A stretch of DNA of 64,000 nt, taken from Eledone cirrhosa. Taxonomy: Eukaryota. Positions 28,252 through 42,272 of this stretch are shown here, in pieces. The notes under the pieces were generated by a model. It was given only the letters and a program-made list of their open reading frames with translations. It ran no database searches and was not told the origin of the DNA. Both the position numbers and the translations under genes were made by a program. Positions within the stretch are counted from its first letter, which is position 1. Every line of letters begins with the position of its first letter. The DNA is taken from NCBI GenBank assembly GCA_964016885.1, contig OZ024747.1, positions 66,898,001-66,962,000 of the forward strand. The letters are read 5' to 3'.

Positions 28252-28572
28252 GAGGAAACAATGTTTCCGTTGGTCTTTCCAATTGTTAACACTATCTATC
28301 GGTCGCAACTCCAGGTAGAAGGAGCAACGTGAAATAAAGTGTCTTGCTCAAGGACATAACGCATCGCCCGGTCCAGGAATCGAACTCACAACCTTACGAT
28401 TGTGAATCCAATTCTCTTACCACTCAATCGTGAGGTTGTAAGTTTGATTCCTGAACCGGGCGATGCGTTATGTCCTTGAGCAAGAAACTTTATTTCACGT
28501 TGCTCCTTCTACCTGGAGTTGCGACCGATAGATAGTATTAGCAATTGAAAAGACCAACGGAAACATTGTTTC
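28252..28572. mobile_element. tRNA-derived SINE 5' part present as an inverted pair
   Basis: Left arm on minus with AGTGGTAAGAG A box and GTTCGATTCC B box; right arm about 28426-28572 is its reverse complement with several mismatches. Confidence 0.8.
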
Positions 28573-28583
28573 ATCCATATATA

Positions 28584-28659
<76 letters not shown>

Positions 28660-29763
28660 TTACGTGTTAGATTCCCGGACTTCCACACGGGAATATACCG
28701 TGACGATGGACTGACTTTATCGAGCCATAAAAGTGGTCACGACCTCGACCGGCTTAAATAAGACTTAGCTTCTACCTTCAATGAGTTAGGCCTTAGGATA
28801 ACAGTAGCCACCAACCTCTCTAGTGTAGATTTCTTAGACATTAATTTAGACCTTCGCACACACACCCACAGACCCTTCCATAAGCTAAACGAGAAACTTA
28901 ATTACATTCACAAGGACTCATGCCACCCTCCCACTGTTTTTAGAAACTTCGTTAAGAATATCAGTACTAGAATCTCAAACCTCTCCTCTAATAAGGCTAT
29001 CTTTGACAGGGCGGCACCCTACTATAACACGGCGTTAGCTAACAGCGGCTTCTCACAACCTATCATCTACTCTCCCACTAGCAACAACACCATTAAGAAA
29101 AGTAAGCGCATCAATAGACAAATTATCTGGTTCTCTCCTCCCTTCTCACTCAACGTTAAAACCAATGTAGGAAAAAAATGTCTAGCCCTCTTAGATAGAC
29201 ACTTCCCCATAGGTCATAAATACCGCTCCATCTTTAACCGACACAAAGTTAAACTAGGATACTCCTGCGCTAAGAACATGAAGGCCCACATCACCAGCAG
29301 CCCTAGGAGCAACACCCCACCAGGGTGCTCTTGCCTTAAGCCTGAAGCTTGCCCCCTTCAACAGCAATGCAACACATCAGCTGTAATCTATGAAGCTGTG
29401 GTCACTTCCAACCGACCAAACGAACCATAGGAGGTCAAATCCTATGTGGGTATGACGGAGGGCCGATTCAATGAGCGTTTCCTGAACCACCAGTCTACCT
29501 TCAGATACCCAGACAGACGTTCATCCACGAAACTCGCGAGTCACGTATGGTCCCTCATAGGCTACTCCATTCAATGGAAAGCCATCACTAAGTCCAAGCC
29601 ATACGCAAGGGGAAATCCGACATGTGGCTTATGTATTGACGAACGAATAACTATCCTAAAGAGATTACGCGATAGTGATTGCCTAAACACGGGGAGTGAA
29701 TTTTTCACACGTTGTCCACACGTCACCAAACATCTATTGCATAACTACAAGGCTCCGGACTGA
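28660..29763 (+). pseudogene. PLE RT (YRDD, DFLD) + GIY-YIG endonuclease with two nonsense codons
   Basis: One frame: GIYRDDGL, VDFLDINLDL, SCHPP, IIWFSPPFS, CPLQQQC, VIYEA..YVGMT..RF..H, CGLC; stops at 28759 (TAA) and 29428 (TAG). Confidence 0.9.
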
Positions 29764-29945
29764 TTCTTTGTAATTTTATTTTTAATCTTTTTATTTTATT
29801 TTCAACCTAAAAACTTTCCGGACTTTCGCAGTTATCTCCCTTACACCTCCCGCACGCAGTCTAGTATTTCCTGTGTGAAGTGACTGAGTTTCTGCGCATG
29901 CGCGTTCGTACGGTTGTCCTTCCTGTTCCTATAACCATACACATC

Positions 29946-29985
29946 CCGAGCTGAAGATCCGCGAAGGTGAAACAATTGTTCTCGG
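29946..29985 (+). ncRNA. Type I hammerhead ribozyme in PLE 3' region
   Basis: ccgag-CTGAAGA-tccgcgaaggt-GAAA-caattg-TT-ctcgg; stem I extends (ccata/tatgg) past a bulge. Confidence 0.85.
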
Positions 29986-30503
29986 TATGGTGAACTAACT
30001 GTTGTGTAACCACTTCTACCTAACTCGTCCCTTGGACTGAGTGCTCTATCACTACGGATATTACCTTCCAGTGTTACACCACTATATATATATATATATA
30101 TACATACATATATAAATCGTCTAGCCAATACTGCTTATATAGAGAGATGTACACGTCTTTTTTTCGTAAATAGAAAAGTGTTGATATCTAAACCCAATAA
30201 TCCAATGTTTACCGTTTTTATTTCATTTTTTATCTAACATTGTATTAGTCTTCTTAATAATATTTTCTTGTTTTCAAAATTGTCTTACAAGTCTTTAAAC
30301 GGAATCCTGTTTAAATCATTCTACTTAGTCTGTGTACTGTCTGCGGCAGTGTTTCTAGATGATTATCAACTGCAGTGTACAGCTTGAAGTTCTCAATATA
30401 CGAAACATAACAGATTGTTATGCATTTGTATCTGAGTAGTCGTTGGGTCAACATGTTTGTTGAAATAGTCTTATTTTAAAAATACTTTTGTTTTTACCTG
30501 CAG

Positions 30504-30530
30504 AAATATTTGCCACGTATTCATGACATG
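30504..30530 (+). other. Candidate 27-nt host microexon
   Basis: ttttgtttttacctgcag acceptor and ATG/gtgagt donor; length divisible by 3; KYLPRIHDM in phase 0. Confidence 0.35.
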
Positions 30531-30914
30531 GTGAGTTTCTTGGTAATGTTATTACCGTATAGAAAGAGGGGAATTATCTTCAGAATCTACGTGTGTTGAA
30601 CGTTATGTTTCCTGGAAAGTAGTGAGACAATATATAATACAAAAGTACGTTAATGTATTTCTGTTTTGTTCCTTCCGATGACTAAGTATGTAGAACTAAG
30701 TATAGTGTAACATAAGCCTATAATTGCATATCATATATACATTAAGTATATGGATTTACAATATATACATATGATCGTGTAATTTTAATCTCTTTATACA
30801 CAATATAGCCTTCAGTCATCCACACAATCCCGGATATCCACCTCTTAATGTCTTCTACAATATAGCTTCCTGTTACTAAAATATACACTTCCGAAAAAAA
30901 AGCTTTCTCAGTAT

Positions 30915-30977
<63 letters not shown>

Positions 30978-31181
30978 AGCTACCATACATGCCTGCAAAC
31001 ATACATACACACATGCATACATGCATAAACATATGCATATTCATATACATATATACATATATACATATATAAAGATACATAGAAGTATGAGTGAAAAAGA
31101 ATAGGTGTGATGAGACAGAGATGGATATGGATATTTTCTCCTCTTGTTATGTTGTGCCGCCTCAATCAAGGGATTATATAT

Positions 31182-31230
<49 letters not shown>

Positions 31231-31233
31231 TTT

Positions 31234-31316
<83 letters not shown>

Positions 31317-31386
31317 ATATATATATATATATATAAAATATTAAACAAATAATGAATAAACAATTCCTTATATTAAACAAAAAAAG

Positions 31387-31540
31387 TTCATTATTTAACG
31401 ATCGTTTCTAGGATATATATGTGTTAGAATTGGCATGCATATTCAACAGATCTATGTACAAAATTATACAAAATTATACAAACTATCAAGATTAAATATA
31501 CATACCAACACATATATACGCCGTCTTCAGAAATAATGAA
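31387..31540 (-). ncRNA. Hammerhead ribozyme with about 115-nt stem II
   Basis: Reverse complement of 39698-39851. Confidence 0.82.
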
Positions 31541-32185
31541 GTATATTTATTGATAATAACAACAATTCAAAATTTCAGGTCCGTTTGGGAACAAAATTGA
31601 CCAATGAAAACACAAAGGGTTAAATGCAGTTCGGTGTGTGTATATACATGTAAAACCCTTACACATATTTTACAAAAATGTATGTATAATTTGTATACGC
31701 ATACTAAAAGGATGGATGCAAATACAAAATTTCAAGGTTAATGTCTCTGTAAGTTTATAATGCACAGATAAGATGCGTATTGACACACAAATATGAAATT
31801 AAGTATATAAATATATTTGTTCATACTCACACATATCCGTACAATCACACATACACGCGCGTATATGCATAAATATACACATAACCACGAACATACAAAC
31901 ACACACACACCCCCACTCACATTTATATATGTGGATATAAAATCATAAGCACATGGATATTAATTCACTCACATAAACACTGGCACACACATTTAGATCA
32001 AGATACAGAAATTAGGTGGGAGGGGGGGGGGGAGAGGTCAGTATTCAACGGTCTGAGCAGACTGCCTAATATAGATGTATCTATAAACTAAGAAAATAAA
32101 AAATAATAAATAATAAATAAACATTAAAGAGGAAAGAATAGAAAGAAAAAAGAAAAAGGAAAAAAGAAAAAAGAAATATATCAAG

Positions 32186-32223
<38 letters not shown>

Positions 32224-32430
32224 CATATATATATATATATATACACACACATATATATATAATATACATATATATACACATAGACACACACACACACATA
32301 CATATATATACACACATATACAAACACATACATACATATACACACATCCACACTAAGAACATACATACACACACATATATAAACATATACATATACACAC
32401 ATACATACATATACACATATACATACAAAT

Positions 32431-32479
<49 letters not shown>

Positions 32480-32815
32480 TATGTATATACACGTACATAT
32501 ACACACACATATATACATATAATCACACATACTATATAGACACACATATATATAACCACACACATACATGCACATATACAACACTTACATACTAATATAC
32601 ATACAGATATACACATACATAGCTATATATACACACAAATATATACAGACTTACATATATACATACAGACAAATACTTACGCATCTATATATCGGTATAT
32701 ACATACAAACACCACTACACTATCACACAACTTAGACATACAAAGAGAAAGGTATATACCTATACACACATACATATACAAATAGAAAAACATATAGATA
32801 TATATATATATATAT

Positions 32816-32872
<57 letters not shown>

Positions 32873-33107
32873 CATACATATACACATACACACACATACA
32901 CATACACACACATACATACATGTACACACACATAGAAATATATATGCATACACACATACACACATACATATAAAGTCATACACACACATACACCTACACG
33001 AACATACACATACACATATATAAAGATATATATACACACACACACACACACAACACATACACACACACACATATATATAAAAAAAAATAAATAATAAAGA
33101 TATATAC

Positions 33108-33164
<57 letters not shown>

Positions 33165-33513
33165 CATATATATATACACACACATACATACACACATACA
33201 TGTACATACATGTACATACATACACGTACATCGATATACATACATATATATATACACACATAGACATATACATACATACACACACAACTTACATACACAC
33301 ATATATATACATGTATATTCATACATAGAATTAGATATATAATCATACATACATATGCACTTACTTATACTCATATATACAAATACATACGCATCCATAT
33401 ATGCGTATATACATAGAAACACCACTACAACCTCACCTAACTCAGACATACAAATAAAAATAAAAAGGCATATGTATATACATATATACACGCATTAATA
33501 GAGATATATATAT

Positions 33514-33575
<62 letters not shown>

Positions 33576-33830
33576 ATTCATATATATATATATAGATACC
33601 CACACACACATACCACCATAAATACACATACAAACACCCACATATACATATATATACACACGTATATATATATATATATACACACACATAAAAAACAGAC
33701 ATGCACATATATATATATTTTTTTACACTTATATATACACATATTATATACACATACACAACCTCACATATACACACATACACATAAGTTATATTATAAT
33801 AATAAATAATATATATATATATATATATAT

Positions 33831-33861
<31 letters not shown>

Positions 33862-33927
33862 CATATAAACATATACATACATATATACACACATACGAAT
33901 ATAGACATATATTCACACATAGACACC

Positions 33928-33959
<32 letters not shown>

Positions 33960-34175
33960 TACATATACACAGACACATATACACACTCACATATATATGT
34001 GTGTGCACACACACATATATACACACATACACACATATACACATAAACACATATATGTGCATACATGCACACACACACACATATATCCACATAGATACGA
34101 AGATAGACATATAAATAGAGAGACATACATATATATACAACACACATACACACACATACATACACACACATATAC

Positions 34176-34209
<34 letters not shown>

Positions 34210-35606
34210 TTATATATACATATATACATATATATATATATATACATATATATACATATACATACACATACACATACACACATTCACATACACATACATA
34301 TATACATGCATATACACACATATATACATACATACACACACTCATATATACACACACAATCTTACATTCATATTTGCATGCGCATATATGTATTTTTATA
34401 TTCAGATATAAATACCCAAACCTATATAGACACCTACCTACATATATATTCATACATACACGCTTACAAATACAGATGATAATAGTATGGGGGAAAGGGG
34501 GGGTTTGGAGAAGGGGATCATAGTAAATATATGTTTCAAGAAACATAGAATGTTTTCCGTATCTTGATCCAATGTATGTTTTTACATAGTTTCAGTGTTA
34601 GGAAATACAATAAACAAGAACTAAGGCAAAATCTATGCATCTCAAAATAAACAAGTATACCATTAATTATATGTTAACTAAACCAAAGATAGTTAACATA
34701 TTGATTTCTAAGGTGTAAATTAGTTAGGTTTATAATATTTGAAGCAGAATTTTGAAGTTAAATAGTAGTAGAGTATTAATTATAGTATAACTAAATTAAA
34801 GTTAATAACGTTATGGTATCAATATTAGGAAATGAATTTAGTAATAGGGAAAAAACAAATAAAGTATTACATCGGTAGTAGAATATAAATTATAGGTTAA
34901 CTAAATTAAAAATTATATATTTATTTCTATAGTATATGTTAATTAGGTATATAATACATAAAACAGATATTGTATTTTATCAATAGCAGAATATAATTAT
35001 ATGCAAATAGAAATCAAAATTAATACATATACATATACATATACATACACATACATATATACATATATATACACATATATATATATATACACATATACAC
35101 ATATACATACACACACACATACACATACACATATACATATACATATTTTTTCCAAAAAATTGCATAGAATATATTAACTAGGTATATATCCAAAACACAT
35201 CCCATTCTATGATTACATGACATTCTGCAATTCGTCTGTATAAGGATACTAATTTTAAGCAAATTAAATTAAAGTTTTAGGTTGATTAAAATTAAAACCA
35301 AATTATAAATATATTTCTAAAATGTATATTAATTAGGTCTATAATACTAAAAATTATTTCTCTGTCATTGGATACACGATATTATTTTGTTATATTTTAT
35401 CTGTAAAAGAATTATAATAAAAGGTTTAAATAAATTAAAATTAATCTATAAATTAAATTACTAAGTATATATTAGTAATATTTAAAGGTTTTTCACAATT
35501 TATGATTACATAATATTTTATATTCTCATCTGTAATAAAATTTTAATTAAATTAAATTTATAGGTTAACTAACATTTAAATTAAATTAATTTCTAAAATA
35601 ATGTTA

Positions 35607-37514
35607 TTAATTAGGTTTATAATATTTAAATGTTTTTTTTAGTTTATGATTACACGATATAATTAATTCCTGTCGTTTATTTAATAAGATATCCTTAGAC
35701 TTCATTATTTCAAATAGTTCTTGGGAACATAATCTACATTCATTTCTATTATTTTGATAAGGGGTGGCTCTTTTGAGCACACTCCAGGTCAAATCATATT
35801 CTATATTCTTATTTTTATAACTATTGATTTTTTCTGCTAGAGATGTTGTATTAGCCAGTGCGGCATTTTTAAAACTATTCTTGTGGGTATTAAACCTTGT
35901 CTTAAAATTGTTAGAGGTAGCTCCTATATATGAGCAAATAGAATCTTTAGTTTTAACATTACATTTATAGACTATGTTGTTAACAAGACAATTCCCTTTT
36001 AATGGGCAGTTTGCTTTGTTTCTACAGTTACATCCTTTCGTTAATTCTGTATTTGAGGAGATATTATGGTTAATTTGATGTACTGGTGGTATACTTATGG
36101 TTTTCTTACATTTATATGCATTATAGGCACTTATATTTTGTTTTATGTTATTTGTTGTAGAGTATGAGAATTTAACTGTAGACCTATTTAAGATTTGATG
36201 GTATTTGTGGTTTGGCGGGAAGTTTTTCTCAAGGATATAAAAAAATTTTTTAGCAATATTATCCTTAACTTGTAAATTAAAAGGAGCATTATACCAAGTA
36301 ACCCGTCTATTACGGTTTCTATGTTGTTTATTATTTTTATTATTTTTATAGGTTGTATCGTGATTTTTACTAGGAGGATTAATGTTAATGATCTCACCAC
36401 AACCATTTTTAGTTATATTTGTAGATTTAGGTGTTTTATCCTTTTTATTAGGAGTTTTATTATTAATATTTATTAGAGTTGTATGATGAGTAGTTTTTTG
36501 AGAGTTACTATACTTTATATTAGAAGATTTGGTATTTTGGGGTATAGTGTGGGTGGCATTTAGGTGTGTACTTTTCATTTGGTGTTTGTTGGTAATATTA
36601 TGTTGTATGCTTTCAGTATTTTTAGTAGAAGGTATATACTCTAATCTATTTTTGTGGCCACTTCTATCTAGAGCTTCGTTATAGAAGGTCGCATTTTTAT
36701 CAAATACATCTTGGTTAGAAGAAAGGTTAGAAATTCTAAGTGATATATTATATGCAAGGTTTTTAAGGATAGATTTAGGGTGATTAGATTGTGAGTGTAT
36801 GTAATGTAAGTTTTGGTTAGGTTTATGGTAAGGTTGGTAGATACCCGTAGCTAAATCTAAAGTTATATCTAGGAAATTTACTACTTTACTTGTTTTTTCA
36901 AAAGTAATATTAAGAATATAATAGTCTTTAAGGAAAGTTCTAATATGTTTTTTGTTTTTTTCAATTTCTGAAAGGCTAAGGTTGTTAGAAAGAAGAAGAC
37001 AGTCATCACGATATAAACCACCTTTGAGGTGGGGAAAAGAGGCATTTATGTTGAAAAGGAGAAAGAGGCCCACAAGATCAGTAATTTGGGCGGAATCGCT
37101 TGAACCCATAGTAATATCAAAAAGATTACTATATGTGTTTCTGGTCCAGTATTCATTCTGAAATTCAATAAGTGTTAGTCTAGCATGTGTAATAATATTA
37201 ATGTCATCCAAAGTTAAGTTAGATCTATTTTTAGCAAATATCAATGCTTTGTTCAGGAGTATAGGTGATATAGAAGAATAGTAATTATCTATATCAAATT
37301 GTAGGAATGAAACAGAAGATTTACACCTAATATTTTTAAACCAGTTAATTACCTGGGAGGTGTTTTCCCAGAGTGGTAAAATAACGTGTTTTCTTATTTG
37401 TGGGATGACTCTATCTAAAATTTTTTTGCTAATTATTCCAATATCTGATTTGGAGGGACATATAAGTCTAATAGAAGGATTTGAGTTAAAGTTAGATTTG
37501 TGATCCTTCAGGTT
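35607..37514 (-). CDS. PLE reverse transcriptase + GIY-YIG endonuclease (5'-truncated, uninterrupted frame)
   Basis: [72 protein letters not shown]; frame stays open upstream of the listed 545-aa ORF. Confidence 0.93.
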   Translation of the reverse strand, partial: NLKDHKSNFNSNPSIRLICPSKSDIGIISKKILDRVIPQIRKHVILPLWENTSQVINWFKNIRCKSSVSFLQFDIDNYYSSISPILLNKALIFAKNRSNLTLDDINIITHARLTLIEFQNEYWTRNTYSNLFDITMGSSDSAQITDLVGLFLLFNINASFPHLKGGLYRDDCLLLSNNLSLSEIEKNKKHIRTFLKDYYILNITFEKTSKVVNFLDITLDLATGIYQPYHKPNQNLHYIHSQSNHPKSILKNLAYNISLRISNLSSNQDVFDKNATFYNEALDRSGHKNRLEYIPSTKNTESIQHNITNKHQMKSTHLNATHTIPQNTKSSNIKYSNSQKTTHHTTLININNKTPNKKDKTPKSTNITKNGCGEIININPPSKNHDTTYKNNKNNKQHRNRNRRVTWYNAPFNLQVKDNIAKKFFYILEKNFPPNHKYHQILNRSTVKFSYSTTNNIKQNISAYNAYKCKKTISIPPVHQINHNISSNTELTKGCNCRNKANCPLKGNCLVNNIVYKCNVKTKDSICSYIGATSNNFKTRFNTHKNSFKNAALANTTSLAEKINSYKNKNIEYDLTWSVLKRATPYQNNRNECRLCSQELFEIMKSKDILLNKRQELIISCNHKLKKTFKYYKPN

Positions 37515-37672
37515 GAAGTGTAAAAAAATATATATATATGTGCATGTCTGTTTTTTATGTGTGTGTATATATATATATATATATACGTGTGTATATATAT
37601 GTATATGTGGGTGTTTGTATGTGTATTTATGGTGGTATGTGTGTGTGGGTATCTATATATATATATATGAAT

Positions 37673-37722
<50 letters not shown>

Positions 37723-38071
37723 ATATATATATCTCTATTAATGCGTGTATATATGTATATACATATGCCTTTTTATTTTTATTTGTATGTCTGAGTTAGG
37801 TGAGGTTGTAGTGGTGTTTCTATGTATATACGCATATATGGATGCGTATGTATTTGTATATATGAGTATAAGTAAGTGCATATGTATGTATGATTATATA
37901 TCTAATTCTATGTATGAATATACATGTATATATATGTGTGTATGTAAGTTGTGTGTGTATGTATGTATATGTCTATGTGTGTATATATATATGTATGTAT
38001 ATCGATGTACGTGTATGTATGTACATGTATGTCTATGTATGTGTGTATGTATGTGTGTGTATATATATATG

Positions 38072-38126
<55 letters not shown>

Positions 38127-38363
38127 GTATATATCTTTATTATTTATTTTTTTTTATATATATGTGTGTGTGTGTATGTGTTGTGTGTGTGTGTGTGTGT
38201 GTATATATATCTTTATATATGTGTATGTGTATGTTCGTGTAGGTGTATGTGTGTGTATGACTTTATATGTATGTGTGTATGTGTGTATGCATATATATTT
38301 CTATGTGTGTGTACATGTATGTATGTGTGTGTATGTGTATGTGTGTGTATGTGTATATGTATG

Positions 38364-38420
<57 letters not shown>

Positions 38421-38756
38421 ATATATATATATATATATCTATATGTTTTTCTATTTGTATATGTATGTGTGTATAGGTATATACCTTTCTCTTTGTATGT
38501 CTAAGTTGTGTGATAGTGTAGTGGTGCTTGTATGTATATACCGATATATAGATGCGTAAGTATTTGTCTGTATGTATATATGTAAGTCTGTATATATTTG
38601 TGTGTATATATAGCTATGTATGTGTATATCTGTATGTATATTAGTATGTAAGTGTTGTATATGTGCATGTATGTATGTGGTTATATATATGTGTGTCTAT
38701 ATAGTATGTGTGATTATATGTATATATGTGTGTGTATATGTACGTGTATATACATA

Positions 38757-38809
<53 letters not shown>

Positions 38810-39016
38810 ATTTGTATGTATATGTGTATATGTATGTATGTGTGTATATGTATATGTTTATATATGTGTGTGTATGTATGTTCTTAGTGTGGATGTGTGT
38901 ATATGTATGTATGTGTTTGTATATGTGTGTATATATATGTATGTGTGTGTGTGTGTCTATGTGTATATATATGTATATTATATATATATGTGTGTGTATA
39001 TATATATATATATATG

Positions 39017-39054
<38 letters not shown>

Positions 39055-39697
39055 CTTGATATATTTCTTTTTTCTTTTTTCCTTTTTCTTTTTTCTTTCT
39101 ATTCTTTCCTCTTTAATGTTTATTTATTATTTATTATTTTTTATTTTCTTAGTTTATAGATACATCTATATTAGGCAGTCTGCTCAGACCGTTGAATACT
39201 GACCTCTCTCCCCCCCTCCCACCTAATTTCTGTATCTTGATCTAAATGTGTGTGCCAGTGTTTATGTGAGTGAATTAATATCCATGTGCTTATGATTTTA
39301 TATCCACATATATAAATGTGAGTGGGGGTGTGTGTGTGTTTGTATGTTCGTGGTTATGTGTATATTTATGCATATACGCGCGTGTATGTGTGATTGTACG
39401 GATATGTGTGAGTATGAACAAATATATTTATATACTTAATTTCATATTTGTGTGTCAATACGCATCTTATCTGTGCATTATAAACTTACAGAGACATTAA
39501 CCTTGAAATTTTGTATTTGCATCCATCCTTTTAGTATGCGTATACAAATTATACATACATTTTTGTAAAATATGTGTAAGGGTTTTACATGTATATACAC
39601 ACACCGAACTGCATTTAACCCTTTGTGTTTTCATTGGTCAATTTTGTTCCCAAACGGACCTGAAATTTTGAATTGTTGTTATTATCAATAAATATAC

Positions 39698-39851
39698 TTC
39701 ATTATTTCTGAAGACGGCGTATATATGTGTTGGTATGTATATTTAATCTTGATAGTTTGTATAATTTTGTATAATTTTGTACATAGATCTGTTGAATATG
39801 CATGCCAATTCTAACACATATATATCCTAGAAACGATCGTTAAATAATGAA
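39698..39851 (+). ncRNA. Hammerhead ribozyme with about 115-nt stem II
   Basis: ttcattattt-CTGAAGA-cggcgtatatatgtgttgg..ctaacacatatatatccta-GAAA-cgatcg-TT-aaataatgaa (10-bp stem I). Confidence 0.82.
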
Positions 39852-40592
39852 CTTTTTTTGTTTAATATAAGGAATTGTTTATTCATTATTTGTTTAATAT
39901 TTTATCTTGACTCTGTATACCGTTTATCTTTCACCGAAAGTGATTTTTCATTACATCTCTTCTTTCCATGATATCCGGAATACATTGAGTTCTTCATACG
40001 GATTGGACACTACCGTAAACTCTTGGTAGATTTATCTATATATATATATATATATTTTCAACTATCAATACTCAATAATCAATCAGGGCTTCATGATAAT
40101 TTCTCCCGAATGAAACAGTTCTAGTCCTGTAGAACCCATTTCTAGATTAAATATATATATATATATGCATATATGCATATATTTACATTCATATATATAT
40201 TTATATATATGATATCAGAGAGTGTGTAAATGTCATATTTCACTTTATTCCACGCATTGTTACTACAGATAATAAAATAATATTAAAAAGAATATAACAC
40301 GTGATGTCCACTCTAAAGATACTTAAGAGTTGATGTGAAAGCATTATTTCAAATATTCAATAAGAAAGTGTATATACGAAAGTTATATAACAATTATATT
40401 GATTAAAACCATAACCAGGAGTGAATATTTATATGTCAATATTATGATTGTGATAGCAGCATATAGATATATAACAAAATCAGTGTTTACTTTAAGAATT
40501 TCAAGACCTAATCCAGTTTTTTTAATATTATTTAAACTCTAGCAACTTCGTAAAATTTATTCAATCTTTGAGAATAATAAATGTGTAATAAT

Positions 40593-41430
40593 AGTAATAA
40601 TTGTTTCTACTTTTGGCACAATGCCAGCAATTATTCCAGTATATTACTGGTACTTTATTTTATCGACCCCGTAAGGATGAAAGGCAAAGTTAACCTCGGC
40701 GGGATTTGAACTCAGATCATAGAGGGAGGTAACTCTATGCTTCAAAGCATGGCGTCCGACCCTCTACCGATACTGCCCATCCACCGCCAGTAATAATTGT
40801 TTCTACTTTAGGCACCAGGCCAGCAATTACTCAGTGCATTACTGGTACTTTATTTTATCGACCCCATAAGGATGAAAGGCAAAGTCAACCTCGGCGAGAT
40901 TTGAACTCAGATCGTAAAGGGACGTAACTATGTTGGAAAGCATGGCGTCCGACCCTCTACCGATACTGCCAATCGACCGCAAATAATAATGATAATGGTT
41001 CGTGATTTAGGCACAAGACTAACAATTTTTTGGGGTGCAGTTGATTATATCAACTCCAGTGCATTACTGGTACTTTATTTTATCGACGCCGTAGGGATGA
41101 AAGGCAAAGCCGACCTCGGCGGGATTTGGACTTAGAATGTAAAGGGCTCTAACTATATGCTACAAAGTACGCTGTTCTACGCTCTACTGATACTGCTAAT
41201 CCACCACTCTTAATAATGATTTCTACTATAGGCACAAGGACAGCAATTTTGGGAGAAGGGAAAGACCATTAAATCGATCCCAGTGCATTATTAATGCTTT
41301 ATTTTATCGATCTCGTAAGGATGAAAGGCAAAGCTAAACTCGGCGGAATTTGAACTCAGAAGGTAAAGAGCCGTAACTCTATGCCGTACAGCATGGTGTC
41401 CGACGCTCTACCGATACTGTCAATCCATAA
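40593..41430 (-). mobile_element. Four tandem Nin/Deu-domain SINE copies
   Basis: Four repeats of tactttattttatcgacccc..aaggatgaaaggcaaag..gatttgaactcaga separated by (AAT)n. Confidence 0.85.
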
Positions 41431-41612
41431 TAGTAATGGGAATAATCGTTTTAGATTAATCCGAATTCTTGATTTCGGCTCCCTTAAGAGTGAGACGAAG
41501 TGAATTTGAGCGGGATTCGAAATTAAGCATGAAATAAAATACCTCAGAGTACTTTGTCTTTAATAATTCCGTCAGTCTACTGCTCAAATGTTATAATATT
41601 ATCATTAATAAC

Positions 41613-41803
41613 AGGGCGGTGGATTGGCAGTATCGGTAGAGGGTCGGACGCCATGCTTTCCAGCATAGTTACGTCCCTTTACCATCTGAGTTCAAATCCC
41701 GCCGAGGTTGACTTTGCCTTTCATCCTTACGGGGTCGATAAAATAAAGTACCAGTAATGCACTGGGTAATTGCTGGCCTTGTGCCTAAAGTAGAAACAAT
41801 TAT
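41613..41803 (+). mobile_element. Nin/Deu-domain SINE
   Basis: Full head, B box and central domain; same family as 11746. Confidence 0.85.
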
Positions 41804-42272
41804 CATTAATAACTTTCGGCCAATAATATTGGATTTATCTCGCTGGTTGCAATACGTTGTTGCCTTGGCATAAATCTACGATTTGGATTGAGTAGAATAC
41901 TTGATTTATTACTTCGGTATTTATCTTGGACTTATATCATCGATCTAGGAATGATAAAAATCGAATTTTCCTCTCTTGGGATATGAGTATTACATGTTTC
42001 TTTTTATGATTATGCAATTCTTTTCTTTCTAGTTAGATATTTATTTAACATAGAATATGACTGGAAACTGTATTGTTAGATAAACAGCTGCATCTCAGAG
42101 CCTTACCTGTCTTGTATCTTTCTTATGTGCCAAACAAAGAGAATATCTATAGACATCAGAAAATCCACGCTCAACATCCAGCAACTTTAACCTTCTTGCC
42201 ACTGGCCTTAAGTCACTGATTACAATTTAGGATTATATTGTTATTATTATCTTTATTATCATTATTATTATT

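Larger units (their letters stand above)
28654..30082 (+). mobile_element. 5'-truncated Penelope-like (Naiad-type) element
   Basis: RT C-terminus plus GIY-YIG, 3' UTR with HHR, inserted between (TA)n tracts. Confidence 0.9.
31333..40037 (-). mobile_element. Penelope-like (Naiad-type) element, 5'-truncated, with a 2.4-kb inverted 3' repeat
   Basis: ORF open 37514-35607; 4.3-kb 3' region to 31333; 31333-33730 inverted at 37516-39905; HHR in each arm. Confidence 0.92.

Noticed and set aside
28660-37514. Selenocysteine recoding as known for some Naiad PLEs
   Set aside because: No in-frame TGA seen (the stops are TAA/TAG) and no convincing SECIS by eye
31333-39905. DNA transposon with long terminal inverted repeats, or an LTR element
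   Set aside because: The enclosed ORF is a PLE RT/GIY-YIG truncated exactly at the inversion junction; no transposase or integrase
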